This document shows, piece by piece, positions 59,830-64,000 of a stretch of 64,000 nucleotides of DNA. Each line of letters opens with the position of its first letter. The first letter of the stretch is position 1. The notes under the pieces were generated by a model, which was given only the letters and a program-made list of their open reading frames with translations, was not told where the DNA came from and ran no database searches. This DNA is from Candidatus Latescibacterota bacterium (lineage in GTDB: Bacteria; Latescibacterota; UBA2968; UBA8231): contig OZ220089.1 in the NCBI GenBank assembly GCA_964291625.2, positions 3,392,001 through 3,456,000 on the forward strand. Reading direction: 5' to 3'. Made by a program: the position numbers and the translations under genes.

Positions 59830-59959
59830 GGAGTATACCTGACCGGACCCCGGTGTTCCCTCTGTGGGCGGCGATCCGGTGGGTTGTAATGTCCATGGAA
59901 TCTACTCCGGAGCATCCAGACGGGCAACGTCCGCCGAGGTCCCACCGCAAGCGGCGGGC

Positions 59960-60226
59960 TCACCTCCTCGCCGGCAGCTTCGTCTCCACGTAGGCCGCCA
60001 GGGCTGCCACCGTCCCGAAGAGCTCCTCCGTCAGATCGTCGTCGTCGACTTCGATTCCGAAGGTCTCCTCCAGCTCGACGACCAGCTTGATCGACAGGAT
60101 CGAGTCGACCTCGCCGTCGGCGCCGAAGAGGGGTTCGCTCTCGGGGAGCTGGTCGGGCTGGATGGGCAGGTCGAGGGCCTTCACCACGGCCTCCCGGACC
60201 CTGCGGGTGATCTCGGCCTTCGTCAT
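59960..60226 (-). CDS. Acyl carrier protein
   Basis: VDSILSIKLVVELEETFGIEVDDDDL...TV (Ppant Ser motif). Confidence 0.88.
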   Translation of the reverse strand: MTKAEITRRVREAVVKALDLPIQPDQLPESEPLFGADGEVDSILSIKLVVELEETFGIEVDDDDLTEELFGTVAALAAYVETKLPARR

Positions 60227-60936
60227 GGGCGGGTCCCTTGGGTCTGTGCGGGAGACTCCGGTCCCGCGGGTGTGGGGAGCACGCGGCCGTTGGTCAGGCG
60301 GATCTTCCGCCTCGCGTGCCGCGCCACCTCCTCCTGATGCGTTACCAGGACGATGGCGATGCCCTCGTCGTTCAGTCTCGCGAACAGCTCCATGACTTCC
60401 GCCGCGGCCTGTGGGTCCAGACTGCCGGTGGGCTCATCCGCCAGGATCAGCGAGGGCTCGTTGACCAGGGCCCGGGCGATCGCCACTCGCTGCCGCTGGC
60501 CCCCGGACAGCTCCTCGGGCCGGAAGTCGCGGCGGTCCCCCAGCCCGACCCGCTTGAGGGCCGCGTGGGCGGCCTCCCGCCGCCGCCGGCGAGCCGCTCC
60601 CGCGTAGATCATGGGCAGGGCGACGTTCTCCGCGGCCGTCGCCCTCGGCAGCAGGTGGAAGCTCTGGAAGACGAAGCCGATCCGGCGGTTTCTCACCTCG
60701 GCGAGGCGGATGGGATTCAGGCCGGTTACATCCTGGCCCTCCAGGAGGTACCGGCCCGCCGTCAGCTGGTCGAGACAGCCGATGATGTTGAGCATGGTCG
60801 TCTTCCCGGAGCCGGAGGGACCCATGAGGGCGACGAACTCTCCCTCGCCGAAGGCGGCGTCGACTTCCCAGAGGGCGCGCACAACCTCGGCACCCCTCTG
60901 GTAGACCTTGCAGGCGGACTCAAGCTCGACCAGCAT
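60223..60936 (-). CDS. ABC transporter ATP-binding protein (MacB/LolD type)
   Basis: [44 protein letters not shown]. Confidence 0.95.
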   Translation of the reverse strand: MLVELESACKVYQRGAEVVRALWEVDAAFGEGEFVALMGPSGSGKTTMLNIIGCLDQLTAGRYLLEGQDVTGLNPIRLAEVRNRRIGFVFQSFHLLPRATAAENVALPMIYAGAARRRRREAAHAALKRVGLGDRRDFRPEELSGGQRQRVAIARALVNEPSLILADEPTGSLDPQAAAEVMELFARLNDEGIAIVLVTHQEEVARHARRKIRLTNGRVLPTPAGPESPAQTQGTRP

Positions 60937-62137
60937 GCCTCATGGCCTCCGCGGGAGGGAGTTCCGCGGCCTGCACCGCGGGCACGACGCCGGAGCAGAT
61001 GCCCACGGAGAGGGAGACGGCCAGGGCGAGGCCCGCGGACCCCCAGTCGGTCGAGCCGGCCATGGAGGTGCCGAGCCATCCGGAGAGCATCGCCTCCCCG
61101 CCCCGGGCGAGTCCCCATCCCAGGGCCAGCCCGAGCCCGCCGCCGCAGCAGCTCAGGACCACCGCCTCGGTGACGAACTGACTCACGATGGCCATCGGCC
61201 GGGCGCCCAGGGCCTTGCGCAGGCCGATCTCCCAGATCCGCTGCCTGACCGAGATGAGCATCGTGTTGAGGACTCCCACGGCGCCGACGACCAGGGCCAT
61301 CCCGGCGATGGCCGTCGTCACCACCCGCGCCGCGATCAGGGCCTTGTTGATGTCCTCGAGGAACTCCCGGCCGCTCAGGACCTCGTAGCGATCGAGGTCC
61401 TGAGCGCCGCGGGCGAGCACGCGGCGAACGGCGGCCACGGCTCTCGAAGGGTCGGCGCCGGCCGCCAGGGATGCGCGGATGCCGTGGACCCCGGGGGCCC
61501 CGCCGTGAAAGCTCTCCAGCGTGCGGACCGGCAGGATGAGCCGCTCGTCGCCCGGGGCGGCCTCCATCAACCGTCTTCTCTCGAGCACTCCCACGACCGT
61601 GTAGGTGGTGCCGTCCAGGCGGACCCTCCGGCCCGTGGGTGGGCCGCCTCGCAGCAGCCGCTCGGCGAGGTCGGCGCCCAGGACGCAGACCCGGCGGCGA
61701 GTCAGGCCATCGGTCTGATCGAGAAACCGGCCCGATGCCATCGTGTCTCCCAGGAGCCGCCGGTAGCCGGGCACCGTCCCCGTGGCCCGGGCATGGGTCC
61801 CCCGGCCCCCGGACTGGATCCGGAGGTCGATCCGCCGCATGGGCACCACGTGGTCGAGACCGGGCACGGTGCGCTCGAGCTCCGCCACCTGCCGGAGGGT
61901 CAGCAACGGCGCCGGTCCCTGCAGTGGCGGAGCCGGCCGGGGGTGCACGAGGACCAGCCTCTGGAGCCCGAGCCTGCCGAGCTCGCCCATGACCAGCCGC
62001 TGCACCGCGGCGCCGACGGACTGGATCGCCACCATGGCGGCGACTCCGGTGGCTACCGAGACGACCGCGACCACCGCCCTCAGGCGGAACCGCCGTACCA
62101 CCTCCAGGGCCATGGGGGCCGCATGCAGACTCGGCAT
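60920..62137 (-). CDS. MacB/FtsX-type ABC permease
   Basis: GVLNTMLISVRQRIWEIGLRKALGA...QFVTEA...GVVPA..AA.L.PAEAMR. Confidence 0.88.
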   Translation of the reverse strand: MPSLHAAPMALEVVRRFRLRAVVAVVSVATGVAAMVAIQSVGAAVQRLVMGELGRLGLQRLVLVHPRPAPPLQGPAPLLTLRQVAELERTVPGLDHVVPMRRIDLRIQSGGRGTHARATGTVPGYRRLLGDTMASGRFLDQTDGLTRRRVCVLGADLAERLLRGGPPTGRRVRLDGTTYTVVGVLERRRLMEAAPGDERLILPVRTLESFHGGAPGVHGIRASLAAGADPSRAVAAVRRVLARGAQDLDRYEVLSGREFLEDINKALIAARVVTTAIAGMALVVGAVGVLNTMLISVRQRIWEIGLRKALGARPMAIVSQFVTEAVVLSCCGGGLGLALGWGLARGGEAMLSGWLGTSMAGSTDWGSAGLALAVSLSVGICSGVVPAVQAAELPPAEAMRHAGRA

Positions 62138-62143
62138 TCTCGC

Positions 62144-63367
62144 TCAGGTCTCCTTGAGGGCTTCCACCGGGCTCATCCGCGCCGCTCGCACGGCCGGGAC
62201 GGCCCCCGACAGCAGGCCCACCCCGCCCGAGGCCAGCCCGGCCGCGAGCAGGACATCGCCCGTCACGCCTGCGCGGAAGTCGACCTCGGGCAGGAACAGG
62301 TGGACGGACCACTCGACGCAGGACGAGAGGCCGGCGCCCAGGGCGATCCCCGGGAGGAAACCCGCCAGGTTCATGGCGAGGGACTCGGCCAGGAGCTGCA
62401 GCAGCAGGGCGTGGCCGGGAGCCCCGACCGCCGCGCGCAGGCCCATCTCGTAGACGCGCTCATCGAGGGAGGCCAGCATGGCGCTGAGGATGCCCAGCCC
62501 CCCCAGGCCGAGGCAGATCGCCGCCAACCCACCCAGCGACACCTCGATGGCCCGGAGGGTGCGGACGGCGCCCCGGGCGTCGGCGGCGGCCGAACGGACG
62601 CGGAAGTCGCCGCCGCGGTGGGCCCCCGCCAGCCACGCCCGGATTCGTTCGACGATGGCGGGGACCTCCTCCACATGGGCGGCCTGAACGGTGACCCGGC
62701 CGATGTCCCGGACGCGGAGCGCCTCGAGGGAGGTCGTGATGGGGACGAGCACCACCTCGTTGGCGAGGGGATCCCGCGACACGAGTTCCTCCAGCGTCCC
62801 GACTACGGCGAACCGCAGCCCGTCGATGGAGACGGCGCCTTCCGTCCCCCGGGCGCCGGGGAACAGCCGCGCCGCGACCGAGTGGCCGAGCACGCAGACT
62901 CGCCGCGACGAATACACATCTTCGGCAGCGATCCCCCGGCCCGCGTCCAGCCGCCGGCCGCCGCCGGCCAGGAACTCCGGCGTGATGCCCCGCACCTGCG
63001 CCGCCACCTGCCGCCCTCCGGCGGCGATCCACCCGGGGGCGATCGCTTCGGGGACCACCGCCTCGACGCCGGGAATCCGTCCGATCCGATCGACATCGGC
63101 CCGGGTCAGGGAAGCGCGGGCCCCCGCTGCGGCCTGTGGAGAAACGACCACGCTCAGGTTGCCCCCCGCCTGGCGCGCGTCGGAGATCACCAGGCGCCTG
63201 AGCCCGCCGCCCACGGACAGCACCGCCACGAGTCCCGCCGCGCCCACGGTGATGCCGAAGCAGGCGAGGGCCGTGCGGGGCAGGTGGCCCCCGAGCTGAT
63301 ACTGCAGACCCTGCACCACGGCGGCCCGGGCGACCCGGCAACGCCGCCCCAGGAGACTCGGGTTCAC
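62144..63367 (-). CDS. MacB/FtsX-type ABC permease
   Basis: RTALACFGITVG, ERVYEMGLRAAVGA, QLLAES, PAVRAARMSPVEALK; GTG 63367 overlaps the upstream stop. Confidence 0.85.
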   Translation of the reverse strand: MNPSLLGRRCRVARAAVVQGLQYQLGGHLPRTALACFGITVGAAGLVAVLSVGGGLRRLVISDARQAGGNLSVVVSPQAAAGARASLTRADVDRIGRIPGVEAVVPEAIAPGWIAAGGRQVAAQVRGITPEFLAGGGRRLDAGRGIAAEDVYSSRRVCVLGHSVAARLFPGARGTEGAVSIDGLRFAVVGTLEELVSRDPLANEVVLVPITTSLEALRVRDIGRVTVQAAHVEEVPAIVERIRAWLAGAHRGGDFRVRSAAADARGAVRTLRAIEVSLGGLAAICLGLGGLGILSAMLASLDERVYEMGLRAAVGAPGHALLLQLLAESLAMNLAGFLPGIALGAGLSSCVEWSVHLFLPEVDFRAGVTGDVLLAAGLASGGVGLLSGAVPAVRAARMSPVEALKET

Positions 63368-64000
63368 TCCGCCTCCTCCTCGAGAGCGGCTGCATCCGCC
63401 GCGACCAGGTCTCCGGCCCGGAGGCCGGACCGGACGACGACGCGGCTCTCCGTGCCTCGCGAGATCCGCAGCTCCACCGGCCGCAGGCGGTCCCGCGGGC
63501 AATCCGGCGCCGCCTCTGCGCCGGCGCGATCCTCGGCCGCGCACAACCAGGCGCGGGCGGCCACCGGACCGCGGGCTCTCCAGGCGGCGGCGTCGAGTCC
63601 CTCCATGACGACGGCCTGCAACGGCAGGGAGACCACGTCCCTCTCCACGTAGGTGGGGACTTCCACGACACAGGACATGCCGTGCCGCAGCCGGCCGGGC
63701 GCTTCGTGGAGGTCGACCACCGCCTCGAAGGTGACCATGTGGGTGCCCGGGCTCCGGCGGCCCAGTCTGGAGATCCGCCGCACCCGCCCTTCGAGCCGGT
63801 CTCCCGGGAAGGCCTGCACCATGACCATCGCCGGCCGGTCCTCGCTCCAGGACTGCACGTCGACCTCGGCCACGTCGCAGCGGGCGACGAATCGTCCCGC
63901 CGAGGCGATCGACACCAGCGCGGGCCCACCCTCGAAGCCGGCGAGGACGCTCTCTCCCGCGTCCACGTGCCGTCTCACCACGGCCCCGCCCCGGGGGGCC
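63364..64000 (-). CDS. Efflux periplasmic adaptor (MacA/HlyD-like), partial; 5' end outside the window
   Basis: VAEVDV...AFPG..LEGRV..IS...LRHGMS...V.LP..AV...SGLRAGDLV. Confidence 0.85.
   Translation of the reverse strand, partial: APRGGAVVRRHVDAGESVLAGFEGGPALVSIASAGRFVARCDVAEVDVQSWSEDRPAMVMVQAFPGDRLEGRVRRISRLGRRSPGTHMVTFEAVVDLHEAPGRLRHGMSCVVEVPTYVERDVVSLPLQAVVMEGLDAAAWRARGPVAARAWLCAAEDRAGAEAAPDCPRDRLRPVELRISRGTESRVVVRSGLRAGDLVAADAAALEEEAE

Noticed and set aside
1-64000. CRISPR array, integron attC array, transposase, integrase, reverse transcriptase, selD, rRNA
   Set aside because: No regularly spaced repeats or recognisable motifs found by eye

Overview
High-GC (about 70% by eye) bacterial window. 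The gene families (DUF6785-like permeases, FlgD-Ig/CHU_C-tailed proteins, CRTAC1/ASPIC proteins, a TWGxIK C-terminal motif, a sulfatase, an LRR lipoprotein) resemble Ca. Latescibacterota-type, often sponge-associated, genomes; this taxonomy is inference only. Contents in order: (1) the end of an LPS/glycosylation cluster and several secreted sugar-binding or beta-propeller proteins. (2) A 20-kb block bracketed by two about 93%-identical DUF6785-like membrane genes. It holds three paralogous secreted proteins with a shared WSxWS motif and a T9SS-type-B-like (F/V)(T/S)PNGDGxND...VxV(A/V)Y tail, a putative outer-membrane protein, a PPIase and a TPR/CRTAC1 pair; this is the best candidate for an undescribed export/uptake system. 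(3) A selenocysteine locus (selA, selB, selC) with a UGA-recoded SelW/Rdx selenoprotein and SECIS that the ORF track misses. (4) Metabolic genes, including tandem phosphatases, rspA-like and ackA. (5) Low-GC insertions: an EVE-nuclease gene, and an island of decayed TA modules plus cargo framed by degenerate ackA copies. (6) A membrane-bound pentaheme cytochrome-TPR/CRTAC1 operon, a NYN nuclease and a MacAB-like exporter ending in an ACP. Five homopolymer frameshifts are seen; at least some are probably long-read errors. All annotation is by eye; no searches were run.
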